Positions 8,588 to 18,094 of a stretch of DNA of 39,407 bases are shown here, in pieces. Made by a program: the position numbers and the translations under genes. The stretch comes from Candidatus Gribaldobacteria bacterium (GTDB lineage Bacteria; Patescibacteriota; Minisyncoccia; Minisyncoccales; CG1-02-41-26). Position 1 is the stretch's first letter, and each line of letters starts with the position of its first letter. The stretch lies in NCBI GenBank assembly GCA_026396705.1, contig JAPLWE010000058.1, forward strand, positions 1 through 39,407, read 5' to 3'. The notes beneath the pieces are model-generated. The model was not told the DNA's origin. It made no database searches and saw only the letters and a list, made by a program, of their open reading frames with translations.

Positions 8588-8965
8588 TTATTTCGGCATA
8601 AAAAACTTTTGGATTTTTTGCCAATCAGTAAACTTTATCGCTCGGTCATCAATGTAATAGCTAGCCTTAGGCTTTAAGGCAGTAATGGCTTGATAATGTT
8701 TGCCTTTTTCGAAACCATTTTTCTTGAGCCACTGGTTAATCATTTGTATTTGTTGTTTAGCTTCAGCTAAGCTACGCACTTCCGGATTAAGGCGAGTAGT
8801 GTGAATAATTATGCCAAAGCCATGCTTGGTTAATTCGCTCATTATTTTTAGAGCGCCTGGCATGGGTTTATCATAAATCGCGCCATCAGCCCAGCCCTTG
8901 GAGTATTTATGTATAACCCCGTCAAAATCTACGGCCAGCGTTTTAACTTTTATTTGTTTTTTCAT
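8588..8965 (-). CDS. Small HAD-superfamily phosphatase-like protein
   Basis: DxDG motif (LAVDFDGVIH), then IIHTTR and a C-terminal YIDDRA. ATG at 8965 lies 2 nt after the valS stop. The ORF-track start at 8980 is a TTG. Confidence 0.5.
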   Translation of the reverse strand: MKKQIKVKTLAVDFDGVIHKYSKGWADGAIYDKPMPGALKIMSELTKHGFGIIIHTTRLNPEVRSLAEAKQQIQMINQWLKKNGFEKGKHYQAITALKPKASYYIDDRAIKFTDWQKIQKFFMPK

Positions 8966-8967
8966 AA

Positions 8968-11019
8968 TTATTTTGGCCAAGATTCTACTATGAGGGCTGA
9001 CTTTTCTTTGTTGGGCAACATTTGGTAGATTTGCTCGGTAATGAAGGGCATAAAGGGGTGCAAGAGTTTGAGAGATTCACGCAGAACATAAAGCAAAATC
9101 TCTGGATTATTTTCTTTTTTGCATTGTTCAATATAGACATCGCAGAAAGTGTAACAGAAAAAATGATAAATTTTTTGAGCGGCCTCGTGAAAATAAAAAT
9201 TATCAATGTCTTTAGTCATAGAGGTGGCAGTTTCTTGTAGTGCGTTTAAGATGTTTTTATCCGCTTCTGTTACTTTTTCATTTTTCATTTTTCCTTTTTC
9301 ATTTTCGCTTTGTGTGATCACAAATCGGGCCGCATTCCAAATCTTGTTAGCAAATTTTTTCTGGGCGATTATTTTTTCTTCAGAAAAAGCGATATCTTGG
9401 CCGGGCGAGTTGGCAAACACCAAAGCCATTCTCAAAGCATCAGCTCCATGTAAATCAACTATACCCAAAGGATCAACAACATTACCTTTGGACTTGGACA
9501 TTTTTTGTTTGTCTTTGTCTCTAACTAAGCCGTGCAGATAAACATATTCAAAAGGTGGCTTGCCGGTTACATAAATGCCCAGCATCACCATACGGGCCAC
9601 CCAAAAGAAAATAATATCCGCGGCTGTTTCCATCACGGTGGTGGGGTAAAAATATTCAAAATCTCCTTTGTTCGCGCTTTGTAAAGTGGCAAATGGCCAC
9701 TGGCCAGAGGAAAACCATGTGTCAAAGACCTGTTCTTCATCGCCGGGAATAGGTATGCCCCAAGGAATTTGTCGCGATATGTTCCAGTCGCGCAGGTTTT
9801 CCATCCATTGTAAAAATATTTTTTCGAAGCGAGCGGGGATAAATTTTATCTGGCCATTTTTAACCGCCTCAACTGCTAAATCCCTCAAAGATAATCCCCC
9901 ACTGGCTGGTTTTTCGGTTGTTTTAATAAACCATTGACCGTCCATTAAAGTTGGCTCAATTACTGAACCGCACTTATAACAGCAAGCCACATTGTGTTTA
10001 TAATTTTTGTCGGTTTCTTTTTCATCTAAAAGCCCTTTGGCTGTCATATCGGCCACTATTTTTTCTCTAGCCTCTAAAATTTTCATGCCTTGGTAGGGGC
10101 CGGCCAATTCATTCATTTTGCCGTATTTGTCAATGACAATTTTCGGCCCGGGTATCTCATCTTTGTGCCTTTGCCATGTTTCGTAGTCTGCAAAATCGTG
10201 GGCTGGTGTCACCTTAACTGCTCCCGTGCCAAACTCCATATCAACTGACTCATCAGCGATCACTTTTATTTTTGATTTGCCTAAAACCGTTTGCACTTCA
10301 ACCTCTTGGCCAATATAATCTTGATACCGTTTGTCGTTTGGGTTAACAGCAATAGCCGTGTCGCCGAACTTTGTTTCTGGCCGAACAGTAGCTAATTTAA
10401 ATGGCCCGTATTTAATATAATAAAGAGGGTCAACCCTTTCTTCATATTTTATCTCAAGGTCGGAAAGCGATGTTTGGTGTTTGCAACACCAATTAACCAA
10501 GCGGGTTCCTTTATAAACCAAGCCGTCGTTTTGTAGCTTGGCAAATGTTTGGTAAACGATTTTGACGATATCCTGGTCAAGGGTAAATTTTTCACGACTC
10601 CAATCACAGGAAGCCCCCAAACGCTTTAGTTGGCTTTCCATAATTGCCTTATTTTGCAAAGTGAAATCCATCATTTCTTGAAGTAGCTGTTCTCTGGGTA
10701 TTTCATGACGGCGACGACCATCTTTTTCTAATTTTTTATCAAAAACAGTTTGAGTTTCAAAGCCAGCATGGTCCGCCCCGGGTAGCCACAAAGCGCTCTC
10801 CCCTTTCATGCGATGATATCTGGTCATAATATCCTCCAGAGTGACAAATAAAGCATGACCAGCGTGCAAGGCGCCATTGGCGTTGGGAGGCGGCATAATG
10901 ATAGTGAACGGTTTTTTGGTTGGATCAATTTTTGGCGTAAAATAACCGCCCTCTTCCCATAAGGCGTAAATTTTTTGCTCGGATTCTTTTGGATTGTAGG
11001 CTTTGCCCATTTTATCCAT
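8968..11019 (-). CDS. valS: Valyl-tRNA synthetase (compact, 683 aa)
   Basis: PPPNANGALHAGHA (HIGH), CP1 editing-domain motifs (TVRPETKFGDTAIAVNP, GTGAVKVTPAHD), KMSKSKGN, and an anticodon-binding end LHPFMPFITEQIY. Confidence 0.85.
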   Translation of the reverse strand: MDKMGKAYNPKESEQKIYALWEEGGYFTPKIDPTKKPFTIIMPPPNANGALHAGHALFVTLEDIMTRYHRMKGESALWLPGADHAGFETQTVFDKKLEKDGRRRHEIPREQLLQEMMDFTLQNKAIMESQLKRLGASCDWSREKFTLDQDIVKIVYQTFAKLQNDGLVYKGTRLVNWCCKHQTSLSDLEIKYEERVDPLYYIKYGPFKLATVRPETKFGDTAIAVNPNDKRYQDYIGQEVEVQTVLGKSKIKVIADESVDMEFGTGAVKVTPAHDFADYETWQRHKDEIPGPKIVIDKYGKMNELAGPYQGMKILEAREKIVADMTAKGLLDEKETDKNYKHNVACCYKCGSVIEPTLMDGQWFIKTTEKPASGGLSLRDLAVEAVKNGQIKFIPARFEKIFLQWMENLRDWNISRQIPWGIPIPGDEEQVFDTWFSSGQWPFATLQSANKGDFEYFYPTTVMETAADIIFFWVARMVMLGIYVTGKPPFEYVYLHGLVRDKDKQKMSKSKGNVVDPLGIVDLHGADALRMALVFANSPGQDIAFSEEKIIAQKKFANKIWNAARFVITQSENEKGKMKNEKVTEADKNILNALQETATSMTKDIDNFYFHEAAQKIYHFFCYTFCDVYIEQCKKENNPEILLYVLRESLKLLHPFMPFITEQIYQMLPNKEKSALIVESWPK

Positions 11020-11090
11020 AATATAAAATGTAACTATTTATTATAGTATCTTAATGCTTTTATTCGGTTTGTTCAAGGTTTTTGTAATAC

Positions 11091-11120
11091 AAAAGAGGCC
11101 GCTTGGGGCGGCCTCTTTTT
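11091..11120. terminator. Bidirectional rho-independent terminator
   Basis: AAAAGAGGCCGC-ttggg-GCGGCCTCTTTTT. GC-rich 8-bp stem flanked by A and T runs. Confidence 0.75.
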
Positions 11121-11134
11121 ATTTAGAAAATTAT

Positions 11135-11275
11135 TTAGCTTTGTCCTCCTGGTTGGACTGGCGATTGTGGTTTGGCCATAACTGCCTTGCTTTCTTTCTT
11201 TTTAGATTTAACAACCACTAAAGCGATTACTAAAACAACTAAAAGCGCGATTAATGCAATAATAAGTGTGTTCAT
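11135..11275 (-). CDS. Unannotated 46-aa single-pass membrane peptide
   Basis: Hand translation gives MNTLIIALIALLVVLVIALVVVKSKKKESKAVMAKPQSPVQPGGQS. It ends 15 nt before the 11091..11120 terminator. No clear SD. Below the ORF-track size cutoff. Confidence 0.4.
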   Translation of the reverse strand: MNTLIIALIALLVVLVIALVVVKSKKKESKAVMAKPQSPVQPGGQS

Positions 11276-11322
11276 ATTCAATAAATATAATATTTTCTAG
11301 TTGACCTTTTTTCAAAGTTATT

Positions 11323-12669
11323 CTACAAGTTCATTTTACTCTTTTGTTTTTTTTCGTCAATTTTAGATTGTGGAAAACTATTAATAAGCTGGCCAACTGT
11401 TTTATAAACGCTGCCAGCTCCCATAATGGTCGCTACTTGCCATTGACCAGCTGTGGTTTTTAAGTAATCAACCAAAGAGGATTCTGGCTGGTAAACCACC
11501 CATTCTTGATTGATAGCTTTAGCTAATTTTTGGCTGTTTACCTTTTGTTTAATAGCTTGGCTTTCTCGGCCTTCAACGGTATAGATATCAGTAATAATCA
11601 ATTTCTCCACGCCGAATTTGCTTTGAGCTTGTCCAAGAATTTCAACGAATTTATCAAATAAATAAAAAGTTCTTTGATACTGATGGGGCTGGAAAATCAC
11701 CCATTTTTTTTGCTTGGGATATTTTTCAGCTAAAGCTTGCAAGGTGGCGGCTATTTCAGTGGGGTGATGGGCGTAATCAGAGATAATTTTCAATTCCCCT
11801 GCTTCTTTACTCTTTAGTGAAAATTCTTCAAACCGTCGCCAAACCCCTTTATATTCACTAAGCGCTTTCAAGGCTATTTTATCGTTAATGCCCAATAATC
11901 GAGCCACATTAAGGGCAGCCAAAGCATTAGAAACATTATGATTGCCTGGCACTTTTAATATTTTTTTCAATTCCCCTGCTTCTTTGTCTTTCAAGGAATA
12001 AAATTTAGTTTTGATTTTTGATTTTTCTAAAACTTTAACTATATTGTCGTTATCTCTGTTGGCAATCACGCAACTCTTAACTTGGCCAACATACTGTTCA
12101 AACACTTTGAAAATATGATCAAGGTTTTCAAACCAGTCCATATGTTCTTCCTCAATGTTGGTTAAAGCCAAAATATCCGGGTGATAATGCAAAAATTTAG
12201 ATTGATAATCATCAGCCTCAATGATTAAATACTTACTTTTGCCAACTCGCCATCCTGGTTTGGTGCCAATAATAAAAGTGGGGTCAAGCTTGGCCTTAAT
12301 TAAAACTTGGGCAATCATTGAGGCGGTAGTGCTTTTGCCATGCATACCCGAAACCGCGATTAGAAAATAATCCTTAGCTAAATCAGCCAGAGCCTCGGCT
12401 CCTGATAAACAGCGAATTTTTAGTCGTTGCGCTTCTTTTAATTCGGGGTTGCTTTTTGGCACTGCCTCGGAGTAAATAACTAAGTCAATATTTTTGCTAA
12501 TATTGGTAGCCTTATGGCCAATAAAAACCCTAATCCCCTGCTTTTTTAATTCAGCGGTAATTTCTGAAGCTTCCGTATCCGAGCCCTGCGCCTTATGCCC
12601 TTTTTGTTGATAGATATTGGCTAAAGCCGAAATAGCAATGCCCCCAATACCAATACAATGTATTTTCAT
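11323..12669 (-). CDS. murC: UDP-N-acetylmuramate--L-alanine ligase
   Basis: MKIHCIGIGGIAISALA, P-loop SGMHGKSTT, GNHNVSNALAA and DYAHHPTEI. Confidence 0.9.
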   Translation of the reverse strand: MKIHCIGIGGIAISALANIYQQKGHKAQGSDTEASEITAELKKQGIRVFIGHKATNISKNIDLVIYSEAVPKSNPELKEAQRLKIRCLSGAEALADLAKDYFLIAVSGMHGKSTTASMIAQVLIKAKLDPTFIIGTKPGWRVGKSKYLIIEADDYQSKFLHYHPDILALTNIEEEHMDWFENLDHIFKVFEQYVGQVKSCVIANRDNDNIVKVLEKSKIKTKFYSLKDKEAGELKKILKVPGNHNVSNALAALNVARLLGINDKIALKALSEYKGVWRRFEEFSLKSKEAGELKIISDYAHHPTEIAATLQALAEKYPKQKKWVIFQPHQYQRTFYLFDKFVEILGQAQSKFGVEKLIITDIYTVEGRESQAIKQKVNSQKLAKAINQEWVVYQPESSLVDYLKTTAGQWQVATIMGAGSVYKTVGQLINSFPQSKIDEKKQKSKMNL

Positions 12670-12793
12670 ATTTTTACTATTAGGCTTATCTTATCATAAG
12701 CTTGAAAAGATAGGAATAAGTAGTAGGATAAAGCCGTTAATAAATTTGAACCTTAGACAATTAAATCTCTAAAAAAGAGAAAGGAGAATTTCC

Positions 12794-14134
12794 ATGAAAG
12801 GAAATATTTTCACGGCAGTATTGGGTATGAGCAGTGGTTTGACAGTCCAGCGATGGAACGAAAAAGAAGTAGAAACAGTTTGCCAGATGACCATTCCTTG
12901 GATAGGAAATGACAAAGATATCTTTTGGCCGGAGCAGTGGTTGAGATCTGTGGTGGAGTTAGTGAACTCTTACGCAGAACAGGGCGATACAATTGCCTGG
13001 GCAATGCCCGGAGCGGATCTTGCTTTTGTAGAGAGATATCGAGTAAGTATGTCAGAGCGGGCTTATCGGCTTATTCTGCCGATTCTTAGTTATCAATCTC
13101 TGGCAGACGGAGTCATTTTTGAAGAGATTAACAAGATGGTTAATCCTAAAAAAGCCTATAGGCAAATGGCTGGGGCTAATTGGGCATTTTTTCAACCGCC
13201 TTCTCATATCTTTTATTACCTAAAGGAGCTTCAATCAGGGGATTTCAAAGTTATTAGTCTGGCAGATTGGATCAGTTATCTTGCCAAGGGGGCTAAAACC
13301 GAAATACCTGTTCACGATTCAACTATGTTGCAAAGTATGGGGGCATATGATTTTGACGGTAGTACTAGCGGGCTATATACTGAACTATTCGGCGAGGACA
13401 CAGCAGAAAAAATTTTCCCATTTGATGTTTTAGGGGAAAATGCTTATTCTACAATTGACGATATTAAGATTATTCCCTGCAGCCACGATTCGGTTTTTGC
13501 CCGCAGAATTGGCTTTAGTGTTTGTCCATCAGGTATTTGGACTGGCACTTGGGTGGGTACCAGCGATTGGATCGGCGAAAAAAATATCAAACCATCAAAC
13601 AAAACATTTGATGCGGGCATTGCTTTTGAGGGCTTAGGTAATTTAAGAGCTTTAATCACTAACATCTCTATGGCTGGGGCTATTTACAAAGCCATTGTCC
13701 AAAAGCTCGGCTGGAGCTATGAGCAAGCGTCTAAAAAGGCGGCAGAAGCGGTGTCCCATCTTGGAAGCCAGGTAGTATTTGATCTTGATGAATTGCCAAC
13801 AGACACTGAAGCGGTGGAGAAGCTTGTTGCAGGAAAAGCTCTTAATGCTGGCGATTACACTTTAGCTTATCTCCTTCAAAGTTTAGCGGCAGCTTGTCGC
13901 AGAAAAAAGGAAGCTGTTTATAAAATCCTGCGGCGAAAAGTACCAGAGGAAGTAGCGGTTTTTGGCGGTTTTGCTGAAAACCAGGCTTTTCTACAAGCCC
14001 TAAAAAACTTCGGTTTTGAGCCGATCGTTCCAAAATTCGCTAGCAATGCCACTCACGCTGGGCTAGCCATGGATGCTCTTATCAGAACTGGTCAAGCCGC
14101 TAACGACCAAGAAGCGCTAAGTATGTTGCGATGA
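12794..14134 (+). CDS. Divergent FGGY-family carbohydrate kinase-like protein (rhamnulokinase-like)
   Basis: AGGAG SD 8 nt upstream. CSHDSVFA (compare SHDTASA), GTWVG, VFGGFAENQAFLQAL and NATHAGLAMDAL parallel RhaB-type kinases. The N-terminal AVLGMSSG lacks the usual Asp. Confidence 0.55.
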   Translation: MKGNIFTAVLGMSSGLTVQRWNEKEVETVCQMTIPWIGNDKDIFWPEQWLRSVVELVNSYAEQGDTIAWAMPGADLAFVERYRVSMSERAYRLILPILSYQSLADGVIFEEINKMVNPKKAYRQMAGANWAFFQPPSHIFYYLKELQSGDFKVISLADWISYLAKGAKTEIPVHDSTMLQSMGAYDFDGSTSGLYTELFGEDTAEKIFPFDVLGENAYSTIDDIKIIPCSHDSVFARRIGFSVCPSGIWTGTWVGTSDWIGEKNIKPSNKTFDAGIAFEGLGNLRALITNISMAGAIYKAIVQKLGWSYEQASKKAAEAVSHLGSQVVFDLDELPTDTEAVEKLVAGKALNAGDYTLAYLLQSLAAACRRKKEAVYKILRRKVPEEVAVFGGFAENQAFLQALKNFGFEPIVPKFASNATHAGLAMDALIRTGQAANDQEALSMLR

Positions 14135-14155
14135 AAAATTCTCACCTTTCTCTCA

Positions 14156-14190
14156 ATAATTCCATTATTCAACTAATGGAATTATTTTAT
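14156..14190 (+). terminator. Terminator of the FGGY-like gene
   Basis: ATAATTCCATT-attcaact-AATGGAATTAT (11-bp stem) followed by TTTTAT. Confidence 0.5.
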
Positions 14191-14230
14191 TAAAAAAAGA
14201 TTTTTTGAGATGGCTAAAGATATAGCATAA

Positions 14231-15994
14231 TTAATGTAGTTTCTGCAGAAGCTCAACAAACAGAGCGGAGCTCCATGCTTGACATAAGCAACCCTCGGCT
14301 TGCAGGTTGCGGGCTGAGCTTAGCTCGGAGTGATGACCCACTATTCCCTGCCAAAGAATGTCCTGCATGCTGGCTTTGGTGATTTGTTCAATATAGGGCT
14401 TAAACTTTTTTTGGTTGGCTTTAGCTAAAACCAAGGCGGCTAAATTATTGATAAAAAACCAACTATCCCCTTGATGATAACTTGCTGGGGTTTCGCCACT
14501 ATGTTCGTTGTGGAAAGTTGGGCTGTATTTATCAATGGTGGCTAGTCCGCCCCATTCTAGCCAAAGGCGAGGCAAAAGATTGGCAAAACATTTTTCCCAC
14601 TCTAGTTTTGTTAAAAGTTTTGGGTAGCTATGATAGGCTAGAAAAGCGTTGGGTCGAGCGGTAAAATCTGCTGATTGGCCATTAAAACCATCAGCCAACG
14701 CTTGGCCATTCCAGAATTTTTCTTTAATTAAAATATGGCTGTCATCTTCTAAGTTATCATAAAAAAACTTCTTGCGCCAAAATTCAAAATTTTTGGAAGC
14801 AGTATGACAAGCGGCCAGAAAAAGGGCTTGTAATTCAATGGTTGCTGGATAGCGGTCAATGGTGTCCATCCAGGTTGATCTTTGGCCGTGCCAAAATAGG
14901 TTCTGGCTGGCTGATTTTTCAAATTCTTGTATGGCTGTTAACAGAAACTTTCTATGCCATTCTTGAAAAATATCAGATCGTTTGATGGCCCAACCCCAAC
15001 CGTCGCTAGCAGAATTATTTTTTTCGCCTCTAATAATATCTCTAATAAGATTTTGCCAAATTGTTTGGCTGGTTGATTTGTTGAGCGCTTTAAGCGATGT
15101 TAAGCAAAGAGCGGTGTCTCTTTGCCAAAATTGAAAAAACCAAGGCAAGCCAGCATAAAGTCCTTTGATTTTTTTCTTTTCGTTAAACACTAAACAACTT
15201 CTAAGAGAATTTTTGGCGCAAAGATAGGCTAATTTCAATTCTGGATCTTTGATGTTGGGGCGGTTCAAAAATGGCCAAAGATTTTTTATTTCTTTTCTAG
15301 CTTTCTTTTTAAGTGATCCTAAATGTCTGGTGGCATTTTGCGCTTGTTCTATGGCTTGGTCTTTGGTTTGAGCCACCGCTAAAACTAAGCGCTGGCTATT
15401 TTTGAATTTTAAGGCTAAATAAACAGACCTTTCAAAGGGCGCTGAATTGCGGTTTTTGTCAAAAGAATAGTTTCTTTCTATCCATTGGTTGGGTCTTTCG
15501 TATATAGTGGAGTTGGCTTTAATGGCCACAAAAAATTCAGGCATAGCTTCGTCAGTTGTTTGGCATTTTATCACCACTAAACCATCTTGTTCAAAGATTT
15601 CATAAAACGAGCTGTTTTGGTTGTTGTATGATTCTTTGGCGTCAAAAAATAACTTAATGTCGCTGGCTAAAGTTGTTTCATAAACTAAAACATTTAAGAA
15701 TGATGGCGTGAAAAATGTTTCACTGGCCTCTCCCCTTTTTCTCTCTACTTGCCAAAAATTGTTTTTTATTTCGTTCACAGCCAATGAGCCTTCTATTTCA
15801 ATGTTTTCAAGAATACGAAAAATTTTATTGCCAGCTAGCCAGCTAGGAGTAAAAAACCATCCCTGATAGCGACTAGTGGGCTTTTCAGCTAGCCAAAAAT
15901 ATCCGCCCAAAAGGTTGGTCAATAAAAAACCGTTTTCTTTTTCTACATTTTTAGCTACCCTATTATTTTCGTTAAAATAATGAATTATTTTCAT
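14231..15994 (-). CDS. Glycogen debranching enzyme (amylo-alpha-1,6-glucosidase, GDE_C type)
   Basis: GLYAGLPWFFQFWQRDTALCL and a C-terminal (alpha/alpha)6-like region with QGDSWFF and CLCQAWS. ATGA overlap with the upstream GT3 gene. Confidence 0.7.
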   Translation of the reverse strand: MKIIHYFNENNRVAKNVEKENGFLLTNLLGGYFWLAEKPTSRYQGWFFTPSWLAGNKIFRILENIEIEGSLAVNEIKNNFWQVERKRGEASETFFTPSFLNVLVYETTLASDIKLFFDAKESYNNQNSSFYEIFEQDGLVVIKCQTTDEAMPEFFVAIKANSTIYERPNQWIERNYSFDKNRNSAPFERSVYLALKFKNSQRLVLAVAQTKDQAIEQAQNATRHLGSLKKKARKEIKNLWPFLNRPNIKDPELKLAYLCAKNSLRSCLVFNEKKKIKGLYAGLPWFFQFWQRDTALCLTSLKALNKSTSQTIWQNLIRDIIRGEKNNSASDGWGWAIKRSDIFQEWHRKFLLTAIQEFEKSASQNLFWHGQRSTWMDTIDRYPATIELQALFLAACHTASKNFEFWRKKFFYDNLEDDSHILIKEKFWNGQALADGFNGQSADFTARPNAFLAYHSYPKLLTKLEWEKCFANLLPRLWLEWGGLATIDKYSPTFHNEHSGETPASYHQGDSWFFINNLAALVLAKANQKKFKPYIEQITKASMQDILWQGIVGHHSELSSARNLQAEGCLCQAWSSALFVELLQKLH

Positions 15995-17805
15995 TTATCT
16001 TTTATGGCTAATTGATGGGCCTTAAAATAATTAGCGACTAATTTTTTCCAGCCGAAAAAAGCGGAAAGATCTTTAGCATGAATTTTATTTTCTACTCTTT
16101 CTTTGCGCTGATATTGGCTGAAAGAAAATAAACTATTGGTCAATGAATCAACGACTTCTTCATCTTTTTTACCTGTTCTTTTTAAGATAAAAACGCCCGG
16201 ATACTTTTTGCTTTTAATATGTTCTTGGCAAGCTCTGCCAAACCCAGTCAGGTCGCTGGTGATTGAAGGCACGCCAAAACCAGCCGTTTCTAGGGGAGTA
16301 TAGCCCCAGGGTTCATAAAACGATGGGAAAACGCCTAAATGCGCGCCTTTTAGAAATTCTTCATAAGTTAAGTTGGTTAAGCCGTCATGGCCAGAAAGGT
16401 AAATGGGATAAAAAACTGCTTTAACTTTATCATCAGGCTTATTATCTAGACCAGCATCTTGCAGGGCAGTTAAAATAGCATCTTGTTGGCTAACCAGATC
16501 ATGAGTGGATAATGGCGGGGTGCCCTTTCTTTTTAATTTTAAGAATTTTTTTTCAATATCAAACAAAAAGTCCTTATTGAAAAGCGTTTCTTCAGAGATT
16601 TCTTTATCTTCAGCCAAAGCGTAAAGCACCTTTTCTTGGGTTTCATCGGATATTTCTTCTAAAGAGTTTTTGATGTCATCTAAAAATTCACGACTTTCTA
16701 AAATATCAGTTTTTACTCCTCGCACATCCGAGGGCACTAAAAAGAAAACAACTATTGTTTTTTTGGCGTTGCTTTCTTGCATTTTTTTATTAAGTTGAGC
16801 CAAAGATTTAATAAAGATATCCAGCCCTTTAGCGCGAAATTCGTAGCGACAAGCGGTAAAGAAAAATAAAGTTTGCTCTAAATCAAAAGAATAATAAGGA
16901 AAAAAATAAAAAAGCAGAAAATTTCTTAAGCGGTTGCGGTGCGCTCGATGTTGAATGGTTAATTCTTCAAAGCTGGGATACTGGCTTTCGCTAAGGCCGT
17001 TGGGCAAAAAGATAGTGGCATTTCTACCTAAAAATCTCTCGGCCTCCCAAGCAGTGATAGCGCTCACCGTGGTGAATACAGTGGCTTGGGTGGCAGTGGC
17101 TTTTTCTAATTGATGCTTGGCTTTGATGTTAAATTTAATGATATTTTCTTCTATGTTGATCTTGTCAATAAAATTATAAAAATCAACATTATTGTAGGCT
17201 AAAGTGCGCCCTAAAGTAGTAGCATGAGTGGTAAAGACAGTGCCTATTTGCGGCGCAATTTTTGCTAAGTGCAAAAGGCCCGCTCCCGAGAGCCACTCGT
17301 GAAAGTGAGCCACTATTTTTTGACCAGGAAAAAGACTGGCCATTTTTTCAATTAATAAACCGCAAGCTGTCGCCCAAATAACTGGCTCGGTAAAATCATT
17401 AACAGATAATAAAGAATCAATTTGCCAATTATTCCAAAGCTCGGTTTTTATTTGGTTGGCTTTGGACCAAAAATCCTTAAAATCAATTAAAATTATTTTA
17501 GGCTCGCCCGCAATTAGCCATTTGCCAAAATGGCATTTTAAGCCATGCTCTATTTCTAAGCTATGAAAAATTTCTTTAAGACCATCAGTTGGTGGTTCTT
17601 CTTCAAATTCACCTTTGGTTTTTTCTAAAAAATAAGGGCCAAGCAAAAAATAGTTTTCAGGGTATTGTTCAAGCATTTGCTCGGCTTTGGATGTTAAAAC
17701 AGTCCAGATACCTCCTACTTTATTGCACACCTCCCAAGATACTTCAAAAACCGCTGCTGGTTTTTCCATAGGCACGGCTTTAGAAAATATTTTTTTAGCG
17801 TTCAT
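15991..17805 (-). CDS. GT3-family (eukaryote-like) glycogen synthase
   Basis: N-terminus FEVSWEVCNKVGGIWTVLTSKA closely parallels the animal/fungal glycogen synthase signature (FEVAWEVANKVGGIYTV). About 600 aa. Confidence 0.75.
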   Translation of the reverse strand: MNAKKIFSKAVPMEKPAAVFEVSWEVCNKVGGIWTVLTSKAEQMLEQYPENYFLLGPYFLEKTKGEFEEEPPTDGLKEIFHSLEIEHGLKCHFGKWLIAGEPKIILIDFKDFWSKANQIKTELWNNWQIDSLLSVNDFTEPVIWATACGLLIEKMASLFPGQKIVAHFHEWLSGAGLLHLAKIAPQIGTVFTTHATTLGRTLAYNNVDFYNFIDKINIEENIIKFNIKAKHQLEKATATQATVFTTVSAITAWEAERFLGRNATIFLPNGLSESQYPSFEELTIQHRAHRNRLRNFLLFYFFPYYSFDLEQTLFFFTACRYEFRAKGLDIFIKSLAQLNKKMQESNAKKTIVVFFLVPSDVRGVKTDILESREFLDDIKNSLEEISDETQEKVLYALAEDKEISEETLFNKDFLFDIEKKFLKLKRKGTPPLSTHDLVSQQDAILTALQDAGLDNKPDDKVKAVFYPIYLSGHDGLTNLTYEEFLKGAHLGVFPSFYEPWGYTPLETAGFGVPSITSDLTGFGRACQEHIKSKKYPGVFILKRTGKKDEEVVDSLTNSLFSFSQYQRKERVENKIHAKDLSAFFGWKKLVANYFKAHQLAIKDK

Positions 17806-17807
17806 AT

Positions 17808-18080
17808 TTATAATTGGGCTCTGATTTTTTGAGCCATTAGTTTGGCAGTTTTGATTTTTTCAATTTGCTTGGCTAAAGTTTTTTTATCAAAAACTCCTTC
17901 AATCCAGCGGGCAAAATCGTTTTTGCTGGCGTTAACATGGTGGCTAAAAATATTTTGGTCTATTTTCTCCAAAATACTTGCGCACTCTTTTAAGTTTTTA
18001 GCAACTTGACCATCGCAAAACCAAAAAGCTTTTTCTGGCGACACATTTTTTACAGGAGTCGATTTTTTAATGGGTTTCAT
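17808..18080 (-). CDS. Hypothetical 90-aa protein in the glucan operon
   Basis: Intact ORF 2 nt upstream of the GT3 gene. No family recognised with confidence. Confidence 0.5.
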   Translation of the reverse strand: MKPIKKSTPVKNVSPEKAFWFCDGQVAKNLKECASILEKIDQNIFSHHVNASKNDFARWIEGVFDKKTLAKQIEKIKTAKLMAQKIRAQL

Positions 18081-18094
18081 ATTTTTAATTTTAG

